Origin: Patescibacteria group bacterium
Lineage (GTDB): Bacteria > Patescibacteriota > Minisyncoccia > Phycocordibacterales > GCA-2747955
Assembly: GCA_048538215.1 (NCBI GenBank)
Contig: JBLYPV010000001.1
Span: forward strand, 397,499 to 461,498
DNA: 64,000 nucleotides
Reading direction: 5' to 3'
Below, piece by piece: positions 9,667 to 19,796 of the stretch. Under the pieces are notes generated by a model. It had not been told where the DNA came from, searched no databases, and was given only the letters and a program-made list of their open reading frames with translations. Numbering within the stretch: position 1 is the stretch's first letter; the number at the start of each line of letters is the position of its first letter. Position numbers and translations under genes: made by a program.

Positions 9667-9751
9667 TGCGAATGGTGGGAGTTGAACCCACACGAGCGTA
9701 ATGCTCACTAGCCCCTCAAGCTAGCGCGTCTACCAGTTCCGCCACATCCGC
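9667..9751 (-). tRNA. tRNA-Leu(GAG)
   Basis: Reverse complement GCGGATGTGGCGGAACTGGTAGACGCG-CTAGC-TTGAGGG-GCTAG, long variable arm, GTGGGTTCAACTCCCAC. Confidence 0.95.
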
Positions 9752-9755
9752 ATAT

Positions 9756-10085
9756 TTACTTTTTTATACCTGAAAGCTCCTCCCACGACAAATTAAAATA
9801 CCATTTGTAAGCAAAGAAGAAGCCGAGCTCAATGGGAATAGAAATCAAGATATACCACCAAATCCACGAAAGCTCTATACCACCGAGCGTAATCACTACT
9901 CCGCTATGCGCGTAGTTGGCAATAATAATCAAAATTTCAGCTAAAGACAAGCGTAAATCTACCGAGGCAATTTTGCTAAATTCTTTTCCGTATAATTGAG
10001 CATATGCAAAATATGCTACTAGATTAAAGAGTAGACTAATGAGTACAATATCAAGGGCTGGATTAAATATTTCTACAACCGGCAT
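9756..10085 (-). CDS. small membrane protein, unknown function
   Basis: 109 aa, about three hydrophobic segments, fills the intergenic gap. Confidence 0.7.
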   Translation of the reverse strand: MPVVEIFNPALDIVLISLLFNLVAYFAYAQLYGKEFSKIASVDLRLSLAEILIIIANYAHSGVVITLGGIELSWIWWYILISIPIELGFFFAYKWYFNLSWEELSGIKK

Positions 10086-10278
10086 AGAGCGTATGATATC
10101 ACATCGTGCCCTAGGAGCTATAAAATGGTCTGGAGCTTATAAGTAAAGCTATTGCGAGATATATATCTAACAAATGGGATTAAATTCAAAGTAAATAAAG
10201 ACGCCGATCTCGAGCGGTATCTTATTACCACCAGGGTCGGCGTCTGATTCTTAAGCTAAGAGCTAGCCTATCTTTTAT

Positions 10279-12540
10279 CTACACTTCACAAGAGCCTGAA
10301 ACACAAGCGAGCTCCTTTGCTCCCTCTGTTTCATCGCTTCCCTCAAAAGCTACAATCCGAGAGAAATCAAACTTGGGCATTTTTTTCATAAGCTCTTCGT
10401 ATTTCTTTTTGCTGATTTCTTCATAGGGAGCAAGCTGATATACATGATCACTTCGTGGCAAGAATGAGAGCCCCCCTACCATATCCCAATGGCTGTAGAC
10501 CCAATTTCCTACCTCAATCCATTCATCATCCCCTACCGAAACTGTCACCGATGGATTGTGCTCAGTATAATTATTTTTGACCTTGAGCCAATGCTCGAGC
10601 TGAGTAATGGCACTTTGATCATCCTTGAGAATAGCCCCCTCTGGCGCCTTAACAGGAAATTCTAGTACAAAGGTATTGGCATTTTCTTTGCTCTGGCCAA
10701 CTTCCGGATGATAGGGCACACCTTGGGATGCAAGCATTTTAAATAGGCTGTCGGTAGCAGAGATACGAATGCGACGAATGTAATATGGAGCGTGTCGTGG
10801 ATGCATACCAGATGATGCATCTACTAATTGTGAGACGGTGCCTGATGGCTTGACACAAGTAATACAGGTGGATGGATTAACGCCAAATTTCTGAGCGTAC
10901 TGCTTATTGACCTTGATGGCCTCATCACGAAGCTTTTGCAAAAGCTTTTCATCGTGCACAGCTGGGCAATCCCATTGACCAGTGATAGATACTCCCAAGA
11001 GAGCCTCTTCTTCGCAATTCTTTTTCCACTCTTTGGAAAGATAGCCAAATTTGGTGAGAGAAGATTGGTAGGTACCAATAATGGTAGCCACCCGAATCTT
11101 TTCAAGTAAAGTCTTTTCTGTGTCATCTGGACGAGCCACCACCTCTGAAAGATTACAGAATTGCTTGCTCCGTAGGATAATCTCACCGCAAGGATTAGTG
11201 CCCGAGTCATCAACATGCTTTTTGAATGTTTCCCAGCGACGAGCTGGTAATTGCTTTTCAAGTCCGGCACGATTAAAAATACCTCGCTCTCCTGATCCTG
11301 ATTTCATCAAGGCAATCCACTCCTCAAGAAAATCAGTATTGCTAGGCTTTTCATTATAAATAGCACTATTATTTGCCATCATTCTCTGTGGAGCTGTATT
11401 CCAAAATTGTCCTGCTTTGGCATTGCGCATATCTTCATCATCTAAATCAGAGAGAGAGATGAGGGCGCTACGACGCACTCCTCCTGAGACAACGATTTCG
11501 CCAATTTTGCATACAATATCGTGTACATCAATATTAGATAATCGACGCCCCTGACGACTAAGCATCAAGCCACGAGTAAAAGCCATAAGCTTCATTAAAG
11601 GTGCAGGGCCGGAAGATTTCCCTCCCATTGTCTTGAGCCGAGCTCCTTCGGGGCGTAATTGTGAGTAATCTACATCTACATCCTTCCCCTCAAACCAGTA
11701 CTTGAGCGCAGAGACAAATGCGTCAGCCCATCCTTCTTTGCTATCTTTGACTACAATCTGTACCTTCTCGCCTGTTTGCTTTTTGATTTGTGGCAAACGC
11801 TGTACCTTGTCTGACTCTACAGAAAATCCTACTCCTGTACCACACATTGAAATATACATTATCTCACCAAAATCTTGTGGCTTTGATGGTGCAATAAATG
11901 AGCAATTATAGCCACATACATTTGTCTTACGAGCAGCATTTCCTGCCGACCACATCAAGCGCATAGAAGGCATCGACCACTGATTGAGAATATAGGTGCG
12001 CACGAGATTTTCATCTTTTCGTGAAAGCTTATCTCCAAGATTTTCTTTCATAAAATCAATATAGCGATCAACTGTTTCTATCCAAGTCTCGCGTCGCTTT
12101 TCGGCATCTATCCATTTTGAGTATGAGCGATAGTAGATAAACTCTGCCAGATCATTACGAAAATATTGCTTGGACTCTTTTGCTAGGCGCTCTACTTCTT
12201 TAGGCACTGGCCTGAGATGAGCTCGCTCTTCTTGACGAGCCTTGCGATAAAGAATGTACTCTTTGGCTACCTCTACCAAATCTGCAAGGATTAGCTCTTT
12301 TTCTACCGCGTCTTGAATCCCTTCGATATCGGGAATAAAATTTTTGTATCGTCGAGCTACCTTGTCTACTTCATCCCGCACTCGGCTCGCAATTACCTCT
12401 GCCTCATTTCTTGACCCTTTCTCCACCTTCTTCATAGCGCTCCAGATAGCATCGACTATCTTTGTCTCATCAAAAGCCACTATTGATCCGTCTCGCTTAC
12501 GGACTTCCTTGATTGCTTGTTTTGTTGCTGCTTTGACCAT
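10279..12540 (-). CDS. nrdJ: class II (adenosylcobalamin-dependent) ribonucleotide reductase with N-terminal ATP-cone
   Basis: ATP-cone VRKRDG, GYNCSF, SGGVRRSALI, GTNPCGEI, TCVKPSGTVS, EHNPSVTV and C-terminal ACVSGSCEV. Confidence 0.92.
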   Translation of the reverse strand: MVKAATKQAIKEVRKRDGSIVAFDETKIVDAIWSAMKKVEKGSRNEAEVIASRVRDEVDKVARRYKNFIPDIEGIQDAVEKELILADLVEVAKEYILYRKARQEERAHLRPVPKEVERLAKESKQYFRNDLAEFIYYRSYSKWIDAEKRRETWIETVDRYIDFMKENLGDKLSRKDENLVRTYILNQWSMPSMRLMWSAGNAARKTNVCGYNCSFIAPSKPQDFGEIMYISMCGTGVGFSVESDKVQRLPQIKKQTGEKVQIVVKDSKEGWADAFVSALKYWFEGKDVDVDYSQLRPEGARLKTMGGKSSGPAPLMKLMAFTRGLMLSRQGRRLSNIDVHDIVCKIGEIVVSGGVRRSALISLSDLDDEDMRNAKAGQFWNTAPQRMMANNSAIYNEKPSNTDFLEEWIALMKSGSGERGIFNRAGLEKQLPARRWETFKKHVDDSGTNPCGEIILRSKQFCNLSEVVARPDDTEKTLLEKIRVATIIGTYQSSLTKFGYLSKEWKKNCEEEALLGVSITGQWDCPAVHDEKLLQKLRDEAIKVNKQYAQKFGVNPSTCITCVKPSGTVSQLVDASSGMHPRHAPYYIRRIRISATDSLFKMLASQGVPYHPEVGQSKENANTFVLEFPVKAPEGAILKDDQSAITQLEHWLKVKNNYTEHNPSVTVSVGDDEWIEVGNWVYSHWDMVGGLSFLPRSDHVYQLAPYEEISKKKYEELMKKMPKFDFSRIVAFEGSDETEGAKELACVSGSCEV

Positions 12541-12866
12541 ACTATAATGTGTTAGTTGCTAAAACTGCTCTCCGCCTAAGGGGTAGAAAAAACTACTTTT
12601 TATAAGTAGTCCTCTACTACGCCTGCCGAGTGGAATACGCCTTTAGTGATATTGGCTCAGTGATGAGCCTTTATTCAACCCGTATACTGATTATACGGTA
12701 TCGTCTCATATTTCCTAACCTCGATTTATCGCCATATTTTCCGCTTTTCCACAGAAAACTATGCACTTGATAACCACAGCTTTTCCACATATTTTAAATA
12801 TGTCAAAATTGCTTATAAGATAACAAAAAACCGCCTCTGGTGGGCGGAATTTTTGATTTTGGGGCT

Positions 12867-13559
12867 TTAATTATCTTTATTTTCCTCTTCTTTTTCGGAT
12901 TCTTCAGATTCGCTAGATTCTGCCCTATCTATTGATTCTTCAGCGACAGCTTCTTTATCTTCTTCGACTACTGGCTCCTGGGGAGCTTCTTGAGAAGTAG
13001 CTTCCTCTACTGCCTGCTCTGCTTGGGGCTCTTCTACTACTTCTTCGCCGGTAAGCTCTGCTTGAGCTTGGGCCTCGGCGGCTTCGGCTACTTGAGCTTC
13101 TGCTTCTTGGGCGGCGACTCGTGCCTGCTCTTGCTCTTCTTGATACTCGGCATCAGAAAGTGTAGAGGTGTTGACGAAAGCTGCTCGACGCATTGCTCGC
13201 TTAATCTCCTTGGCCACTTTTTCACGAATGTGATATAGCTTGGCACGACGGACTTTGGCCCGCTTTACAATCTCAATCTTATCAATAGCTGGAGAGTAGA
13301 GTGGAAAAATTCGCTCAATCCCAATACCGTTTGAAACTTTGCGTACGGTAAAAGTAGCTCCTGGCTCACTCCCATGCTTGGAAGCGAGTACAAGACCTTC
13401 GAATACCTGGATACGGATACGCTCTCCCTTCTTTCCTTTTTCTTTTATTTTTTGGTGTACTTTAATCGTATCTCCTGCTTTGATGCCCAGTGCTTTGCGC
13501 TCGGGAGCATTCACTGAAGTAAAGCCAGGGATAGGATTGGTGTGTAGATTTGTTTTCAT
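12867..13559 (-). CDS. rplS: 50S ribosomal protein L19 with acidic C-terminal extension
   Basis: [37 protein letters not shown] and KVRRAKLY; start at MKTNLH. Confidence 0.96.
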   Translation of the reverse strand: MKTNLHTNPIPGFTSVNAPERKALGIKAGDTIKVHQKIKEKGKKGERIRIQVFEGLVLASKHGSEPGATFTVRKVSNGIGIERIFPLYSPAIDKIEIVKRAKVRRAKLYHIREKVAKEIKRAMRRAAFVNTSTLSDAEYQEEQEQARVAAQEAEAQVAEAAEAQAQAELTGEEVVEEPQAEQAVEEATSQEAPQEPVVEEDKEAVAEESIDRAESSESEESEKEEENKDN

Positions 13560-13827
13560 ACTGGTATATTTATGCGTGGGATGCGCGCACGATGTGCCAC
13601 AGAGCCACTTATGAGAGATAACGCGCGAAATTGTACCATCTCGCACACTATTTGCAAGAATGTGATTGGTACCTTCTTAGAGATAATGAGCGAGGAGTGT
13701 GATTTGTATAATACTTTTATTTTTAGTAAGCAAGTGGCACACGCTATATAAAAAGAAAAGGCCCGAGCTCGATAGGTACTCGGGCCTCGCTTTTCTTCGA
13801 AGACTTACTCCCGGATGGCGCGCGCCC

Positions 13828-14142
13828 TCAGGTGGGCGAAGCAAGACCGCGAGGCGGATTGACCCCCAAATTCTGCAGCGAAGAATGGATTTTCTTCTGC
13901 AAGCTAAGATTATTTTGCACAGCTGGGCTCTCGAACCAGCCCTTTTGCGCAAGGGTACCTATAACCATCCGCACCTTGTCTTGTATCTCTTTGGGCAGTC
14001 TTGCCTGCTTTTTCTTATTCGAGAGGAAATCCCAAAGGCCTTTCGACTCGCGGAATGCGCAATAGCCCTCAAGCTCTCTGCGGAGCTTGATAAAAAGCAT
14101 TGCGATCTCTTCCACCGACGGTGTATGCTCTTCTACAAACAT
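13828..14142 (-). CDS. hypothetical protein (paralog of 14275-14610)
   Basis: AGGAGGAG Shine-Dalgarno upstream, GC hairpin downstream, motifs shared with its neighbour. Confidence 0.75.
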   Translation of the reverse strand: MFVEEHTPSVEEIAMLFIKLRRELEGYCAFRESKGLWDFLSNKKKQARLPKEIQDKVRMVIGTLAQKGWFESPAVQNNLSLQKKIHSSLQNLGVNPPRGLASPT

Positions 14143-14274
14143 TTTTTATCTCCTCCTGGCTACTTTCACTTATCTAACACTATACAACTCATAACCTCAC
14201 TATGCAATCTTAGCCATTATAAAAGCGCGGTGTGACAACACCGCGCCTCCTCATCTCTCACCTTGCCTGCAAGA

Positions 14275-14610
14275 TTACTCCTCGGCAATCTGCACTGTTT
14301 GATTCTCCATAAGACAATCTGGAGGATCCACCCCGACCGCGACCAGGGCCGGAATGATAATCTCAGCTAATTGTGGATGCAGACGTTCGTCGGAATTAGG
14401 ATAGTGCTTGCTCACATTGCTAAACCATCCTATTGCCTTGAGCTCCTCGAGCTTTGAACGAAAGAATTCACGATGCTCGGGATTTTCGGCCACCTCATCG
14501 CTGGAGAGCACCTCCCACAATTCGCCGGCATTATAGCTCGGGCTCATATGAGCCTTGATGTACTCATTGATTGATACGAATACATCATACAATGGAAACA
14601 CATCACTCAT
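14275..14610 (-). CDS. hypothetical protein (paralog of 13828-14142)
   Basis: GAGAGGA upstream of MSDVFP; hairpin GCGCGGTGT...ACACCGCGC downstream. Confidence 0.72.
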   Translation of the reverse strand: MSDVFPLYDVFVSINEYIKAHMSPSYNAGELWEVLSSDEVAENPEHREFFRSKLEELKAIGWFSNVSKHYPNSDERLHPQLAEIIIPALVAVGVDPPDCLMENQTVQIAEE

Positions 14611-14661
14611 TTGATTTCCTCTCATTTCGCATTCAAACCAACTATACAAGCTCTGGTATAT

Positions 14662-15453
14662 CTATGCAAGATTGGTATCTAATATTTCTAAAGCTTGGCG
14701 CATATCTGCTGGCAACGGCGCTTCTACTTTGCATTCTATGCCTGCACAATTGGTAAAAGTAATAGATTGAGCGTGAAGTGCCTGGCGATGTAATCCTAGA
14801 TTGAATTCGGGAGCATTGCGCTTGCCTGCATATAGTAGATCAGCGACGATGGGATAATTAAGGTATTGAAGGTGTACACGAATTTGATGAGTGCGCCCAG
14901 TGTGTGGTAAGGCAACCAGGTGGGTGTAGCCATGACTCCCTATTTTATAACGACGAAGCACCTGAAAATCCGTGCTTGCTTCGCGCGTATTGCCACGAAT
15001 AGCTTTGGGAATGGCACTCCAACGGCCGAATGTTTTAGCTCGACCAATGGGCAATACTAGCTCATAGCTATCCTCTTTCATTGCCCCATATACAAGTGCT
15101 TCGTAGCGCTTGGTGATACTATGATTTTGAAATTGTGCCTTGAGATAAGCGTGCCCTGCGCTCGTTTTGGCAAGGAGCATCACCCCTGATGTATCACGGT
15201 CTAGCCGATGGACAATCCCCGAACGATCCATCACTATCCCCGTATCGCTCACTATAGGATCTTCCCCAATGCCTTGGGAATCTGGGTACTCCCGTAAGAG
15301 CCATTCAACAACCGTTGGGTATTGCTTTTCTTTTGGTCTGCTCTGAGAATACTTACCATCACTGTGTACTAATACGCCCGCTGGCTTATCAATCGCTAAC
15401 ATATCGGCATCTTCATAGAGAATGGTGATCTTGGCTCCTTCTTGCTCATTCAT
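14662..15453 (-). CDS. RluA-family pseudouridine synthase
   Basis: DKPAGVLVH, VHRLDRDTSG, TGRTHQIRVH and QALHA motifs. Confidence 0.95.
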   Translation of the reverse strand: MNEQEGAKITILYEDADMLAIDKPAGVLVHSDGKYSQSRPKEKQYPTVVEWLLREYPDSQGIGEDPIVSDTGIVMDRSGIVHRLDRDTSGVMLLAKTSAGHAYLKAQFQNHSITKRYEALVYGAMKEDSYELVLPIGRAKTFGRWSAIPKAIRGNTREASTDFQVLRRYKIGSHGYTHLVALPHTGRTHQIRVHLQYLNYPIVADLLYAGKRNAPEFNLGLHRQALHAQSITFTNCAGIECKVEAPLPADMRQALEILDTNLA

Positions 15454-15516
15454 ATCGTTTTATTATACATACTAATCAAATATCCGCCTCAAGGCGGATA
15501 TTTGATTGGTGCATTC

Positions 15517-15954
15517 TTAGCTGATATCGATGAGCTTTCGATTTTTTTCTACCTTGCTTGTCTTAGGAAGAATGATTTGCAACTCGCCATTTTCATGCTT
15601 TCCACTAATTGCTTCAATATCTACATTATCAGGAATGGAGAAAGATTGATTAAATGAGGCATAATTGTATTCATAACGAGAATACTTCTCAGACTCATCT
15701 GGTGTATTTTCTGTCTCTTGTGTGCAAGAAATATGCAACATACCATCCTCCACTTCTATTGTGCAATCATCCTTTGCTACCCCAGGGATACCAAGAGTGA
15801 TCAGATACTGATCGTCTTCTTCTTTGATATTAACCGCTGGCTTGGAAAAACGAGGACTCATATTTTGTATATAATCATTTCCAAAAAATTCATCAAAAAT
15901 TGATGGGAAGCGAGGAAATTGATTATTAAAATTATTCCATTTGATGAGATTCAT
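15517..15954 (-). CDS. small heat shock protein (Hsp20/alpha-crystallin)
   Basis: PAVNIKE, IPGVAKDD, SFNQSFSIPDNVD and NGELQIILPK. Confidence 0.95.
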   Translation of the reverse strand: MNLIKWNNFNNQFPRFPSIFDEFFGNDYIQNMSPRFSKPAVNIKEEDDQYLITLGIPGVAKDDCTIEVEDGMLHISCTQETENTPDESEKYSRYEYNYASFNQSFSIPDNVDIEAISGKHENGELQIILPKTSKVEKNRKLIDIS

Positions 15955-16186
15955 AGATATATAATGATTATAAGACTAATAATATGACAGTATACATATG
16001 GACTGTCTTGATATATTATTATAATTGTGTAGCTACAATTGTCAAATTGTAGCTACACAACATACAAAAAAACGGCATCCCTACTGTGGGATGCCGCTCA
16101 TTACAGGCAAGGTTCTTATCCAAAGCTCTATCAGAAAAGGAGGAGCTTTCTTACCCTTTTATGGGCCCACTTGGGCCGACCTGCAT

Positions 16187-16618
16187 TCAATCGAAAGCAC
16201 TCTCGATCATATCGGGCACGATCACTCGCATAAGATTGTGTGCATCCTGATATTGCACTCCCATCTCTTTGGCAAGCGAATTAACCTCACGCTTGAGATT
16301 TTTACCCACCCGAACGGACTTATAAAGAAGAAGATAGGTGAGCACCGTGTAGGCCGTCTTGTAGCGTGCTTCGCTACAGAGATGAAAATCCGATGCGGAT
16401 TCATCATCTCTGACATCGGCCCAGACGGCACTCGCAATATCGTTGCAAAACTCCCACATACAGCAATCGGCATCCGTAATGGCCGGTGCGCTCCGCATCC
16501 AACTATTGATGCGATCGTGCAAAGAATCGACGGCCAGCTCGCCCACGGGCATTTTTTTTGCCTCATGAATAAGATATTTCCACGCCGTCTTCCCCAGTTC
16601 ATTCGTATAGCCCATCAC
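16187..16618 (-). CDS. hypothetical protein
   Basis: Best-composed ORF in the gap, with a terminator-like hairpin at about 16070-16096; no family recognised. Confidence 0.6.
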   Translation of the reverse strand: MMGYTNELGKTAWKYLIHEAKKMPVGELAVDSLHDRINSWMRSAPAITDADCCMWEFCNDIASAVWADVRDDESASDFHLCSEARYKTAYTVLTYLLLYKSVRVGKNLKREVNSLAKEMGVQYQDAHNLMRVIVPDMIESAFD

Positions 16619-16828
16619 AAGCCCCCTAGCTACTGGCGAATTTTAATGCGCTCAATATGAGAGCAACCAGCTTTTATACTATAAGACTATTATTTGTATT
16701 TGTCAAAAATTGTAACATTGCAATTGAGCATTGAGTACTATTAGCCCTGCCTATGTGTGATACACTATATCTAGTATGGAATAATGCCATTCCTACAATT
16801 TGCAATTACAATATAAATAAAAAGTATT

Positions 16829-17431
16829 ATGAAAAAATTACTACTAATTATAGGAATCATCTGGATTGTGGGCTTTGCTGTTTACTACGCTCTCAATAGC
16901 GAAGATCCTCAAATAGACGCCGACCAAGATGCTACTACCGCAACGAGTACTGATGATGTAGCAAGCTCTAGTCGCCCTACTCCCCACGAAAATGAAGGAA
17001 ACGAAGATAACAATACTGACGAAGCAATGGCCCTGTATTGTGCCGAGCTCAAATCAAAGATCCCAGCCTCAGCCGATTGGACAATCATTACCAATATTAT
17101 AGATGGAGCAATCCTTAGCTCGGGAGATGAGCTACGGGGGTGTGTTTATAGTGTAAACGATTCCTATGGAGGATGGGCACCCTTTGAAGGGCAGATTGGC
17201 TCCTATGAAGTGAAGGCTAGCGATGGCACCTCCCTCGCTCGTGGCCCCTTGCCCACAATGGGAAGTGATTGGATGGCTCTTGCTACTCAAGGAGCATCAA
17301 TCCAATACCAAACTAATGTAGAATTTGATGCTTCTGGCTATACTGAAGGGACACTCACCCTGCACAATGAAAATGCATCGGGGCTAGCAGAAATGGATCA
17401 GACTGTAGTGGTAGATGTGACTTTCGAATAA
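16829..17431 (+). CDS. membrane-anchored protein with Gmad2-like immunoglobulin domain
   Basis: N-terminal TM, low-complexity linker, W..FEG and LTLHNENASG motifs recalled for Gmad2-like domains. Confidence 0.65.
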   Translation: MKKLLLIIGIIWIVGFAVYYALNSEDPQIDADQDATTATSTDDVASSSRPTPHENEGNEDNNTDEAMALYCAELKSKIPASADWTIITNIIDGAILSSGDELRGCVYSVNDSYGGWAPFEGQIGSYEVKASDGTSLARGPLPTMGSDWMALATQGASIQYQTNVEFDASGYTEGTLTLHNENASGLAEMDQTVVVDVTFE

Positions 17432-17488
17432 ACAAGACTCGTCGGACTAACTCATTTTTCTTAGTAAGATAAATGATATAATCGGGCG

Positions 17489-19585
17489 ATGGAATTATTT
17501 TTTTCGTATCTAGCTCTGCACACCTCCTACCTCTTTGTCTTCTCTATAGGGATCGGGCTTGGGCTTGGGGCTTCGGTGCTTGGCTATATACTCCTCCTTC
17601 GCATAAGACGCACTGGTAAAATTTCTTCTGATGAATACTCTATACTCCGCCTTGCTCGAAAAATAAGCTGGGCTGCTATTTGTATGTATGGTATTGCCGG
17701 CTTGGGGCTTTTGAGCCTTGCCTATGAATCTATGCTGGCTTTGGAGATTTTCTATGCCAGTATGACCATAGCTGGAATCTTTATTCTCAATGAACTATTA
17801 TTTTCTTGGCGCTTGATGCCTCGCATACAGCGTGCCTTGAACACAGAGCTTGATTTTGATGCTTGGTGGTCGGGTAGTCTTGCTCTTTCTATCATCTCAT
17901 GGGGATTTTTGACTCTCCACCACCTACTCTATCGCAGTGATACGGGATATTTTGCCTTTATGGCTCTCTATGTAGGGGCCATCACCCTCGCTCTTATCCT
18001 GAATAGGATTTTGTGTGCAAAAGGCCTCCGCTCGCTTGCGACTTCAATACAAAATAAAGCTATTTTTGGCTTTGCTGGACTAACACTTGCCTTGACTGGA
18101 GCTTGGTATGCAGATATCAGTATAATGAGCCATATAGAACAAGTACGGAATACTATCACCGAGTATAATGCAGAAAAAAGCTATACTCGAGATGACGTGG
18201 CAAGCCACAATGCTCCTGAAAACTGCTGGCTTATTATCGATGACAAGGTCTTTGATGCGAGCGAGGCTGCTCGACTACATCCAGCTATGTTTCACTGCGG
18301 GGAAGACGCTAGCCTTAATTATCATAAAAATCATGGGCCGAACATTCGTGACAAAATGATGCAATACTATATTGGCAATTTGCGTGAAGGTGATGAAGAA
18401 ACAAAAAAGAATGAGCCCAGCCCAACACCACATACAAGTAAGCCAATTGCGCCATTTCGTGAGCTCTATGTAGACGAAGGATCTTGGGATACTCGAGAGC
18501 TCCTCCTTGTCGTAGAGAAAGATGCAGAAAATATTTTGGCAATTGACGGATCGACACATACACGGGTAGGCCGTATACATGGAGTGGGCTATCAGCCTCA
18601 TACCTCGGTATTTTCTCAAGATGCACGCTATATGTATATTATCTCTCGTGATGGATGGCTCACTAAAATTGATTTGACTACCCTAAGCCCTGAGACAAGC
18701 GTGCAGGTGGGGATTGATTCTCGAGGGACTGCTCTCACCGATGATGATGCCTACATCGCTGTAGGCAATTATGAGCCGGGAAATCTCGTGATCCTCGATG
18801 CACACTCTATGGAGATCGTGCATACCATTGCTCTCGATCAAGAAGTAGGAGATGAGAAAATTAGCTCACGGGCTGGAGCGGTGGTGGAGCATGGCAATCT
18901 TATTATCGTCGCGCTCAAAGATGCCAATAGTGTATGGATCGTAGATACCGATCAGCCGGGCTTCCCCACAACTCACCGCTTTACCGATATTGGTGAGAAT
19001 GTGCCTGCCTTGCACGATGCCTTTCTCACCCCAGATGGAAGATACTATATAGTGGCATCTCAAGGCTCTAAGACTGCGTGGGTATTAGACCTCCATACCA
19101 TGGAAGCTATTGCAGAAATAGAGACAGGTGAGACCCCCCACACTGGACCTGGAGCTACATGGGGTAAGTATATCTATGTGCCCTCTCTTGGAGAAGGATT
19201 GATTACCGTCATTGATACTACTTCTTGGACTCCTGCGAGCTATATTAAAACGGGTGGGCCAGGGCTCTTTGTACGAAGCTACAGCAAAGATCCATCCTAC
19301 CCCTACATCTGGGCTGATACTGCCTTTGGGGATCATCACGATGAGATTTATGTCATAGATGGCAGAAGCAATAAAATTGTGAAAACCATTATCCCCGTGG
19401 AAGGTGAGAGCTCCTGGCACCCAGAATTTACCTACGATGGTAATTATGTATATGTGGTATCTCCAAGTGCTAACGAAATAGAAGTGTATGATGCGCATAC
19501 TTTTGAAATTGTGAAGCGCCTCAAGGCGGATATGCCATCGGCTATTTCAAATGTAGGGCTACGCATAGAAGAGCCGGGGCTCTAA
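17489..19585 (+). CDS. multi-TM / cytochrome b5-like / cytochrome d1 beta-propeller (NirN/NirS-like) fusion
   Basis: About six TM helices; b5 motif VASHN..ENCWLIIDDKVFD..HP..H; d1 propeller motifs SRDGWLTKIDL, GNYEPGNLVILDA, LHDAF, TPHTGPG and HPEFT. Confidence 0.8.
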   Translation: MELFFSYLALHTSYLFVFSIGIGLGLGASVLGYILLLRIRRTGKISSDEYSILRLARKISWAAICMYGIAGLGLLSLAYESMLALEIFYASMTIAGIFILNELLFSWRLMPRIQRALNTELDFDAWWSGSLALSIISWGFLTLHHLLYRSDTGYFAFMALYVGAITLALILNRILCAKGLRSLATSIQNKAIFGFAGLTLALTGAWYADISIMSHIEQVRNTITEYNAEKSYTRDDVASHNAPENCWLIIDDKVFDASEAARLHPAMFHCGEDASLNYHKNHGPNIRDKMMQYYIGNLREGDEETKKNEPSPTPHTSKPIAPFRELYVDEGSWDTRELLLVVEKDAENILAIDGSTHTRVGRIHGVGYQPHTSVFSQDARYMYIISRDGWLTKIDLTTLSPETSVQVGIDSRGTALTDDDAYIAVGNYEPGNLVILDAHSMEIVHTIALDQEVGDEKISSRAGAVVEHGNLIIVALKDANSVWIVDTDQPGFPTTHRFTDIGENVPALHDAFLTPDGRYYIVASQGSKTAWVLDLHTMEAIAEIETGETPHTGPGATWGKYIYVPSLGEGLITVIDTTSWTPASYIKTGGPGLFVRSYSKDPSYPYIWADTAFGDHHDEIYVIDGRSNKIVKTIIPVEGESSWHPEFTYDGNYVYVVSPSANEIEVYDAHTFEIVKRLKADMPSAISNVGLRIEEPGL

Positions 19586-19610
19586 GTATATTTTGATGAA
19601 AAGAATCCTT

Positions 19611-19644
19611 AGACAAAACACTCTGTACAGAGTGTTTTGTCTAC
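19611..19644. terminator. palindromic terminator-like hairpin
   Basis: TAGACAAAACACTCTGTACAGAGTGTTTTGTCTA is a perfect palindrome. Confidence 0.65.
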
Positions 19645-19796
19645 TAGCGTGCCCCCCACTAGGAATCGGTGTCAGCTCACCACAAATCGCCAAGGCTCTT
19701 TGGGTGGCTCCGCCTTTCGATTCCTGATGCGAGCAAAGCAGTTTGCTCGCTGTAGGGTGACTCAAAATAAAAAGCCGTTTGGCTTTTTATTTCTTG

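Noticed and set aside
12541-12860. Canonical cobalamin riboswitch upstream of nrdJ
   Set aside because: No recognisable B12-box or GGGAA core motifs; kept only as an unnamed structured leader.
13699-14235. 178-aa plus-strand ORF
   Set aside because: Antisense shadow of the SD-led minus-strand gene, and it runs through a terminator hairpin.
16025-16660. 211-aa plus-strand ORF
   Set aside because: Probably the shadow of 16187-16618; it has atypical composition and crosses a terminator-like hairpin.
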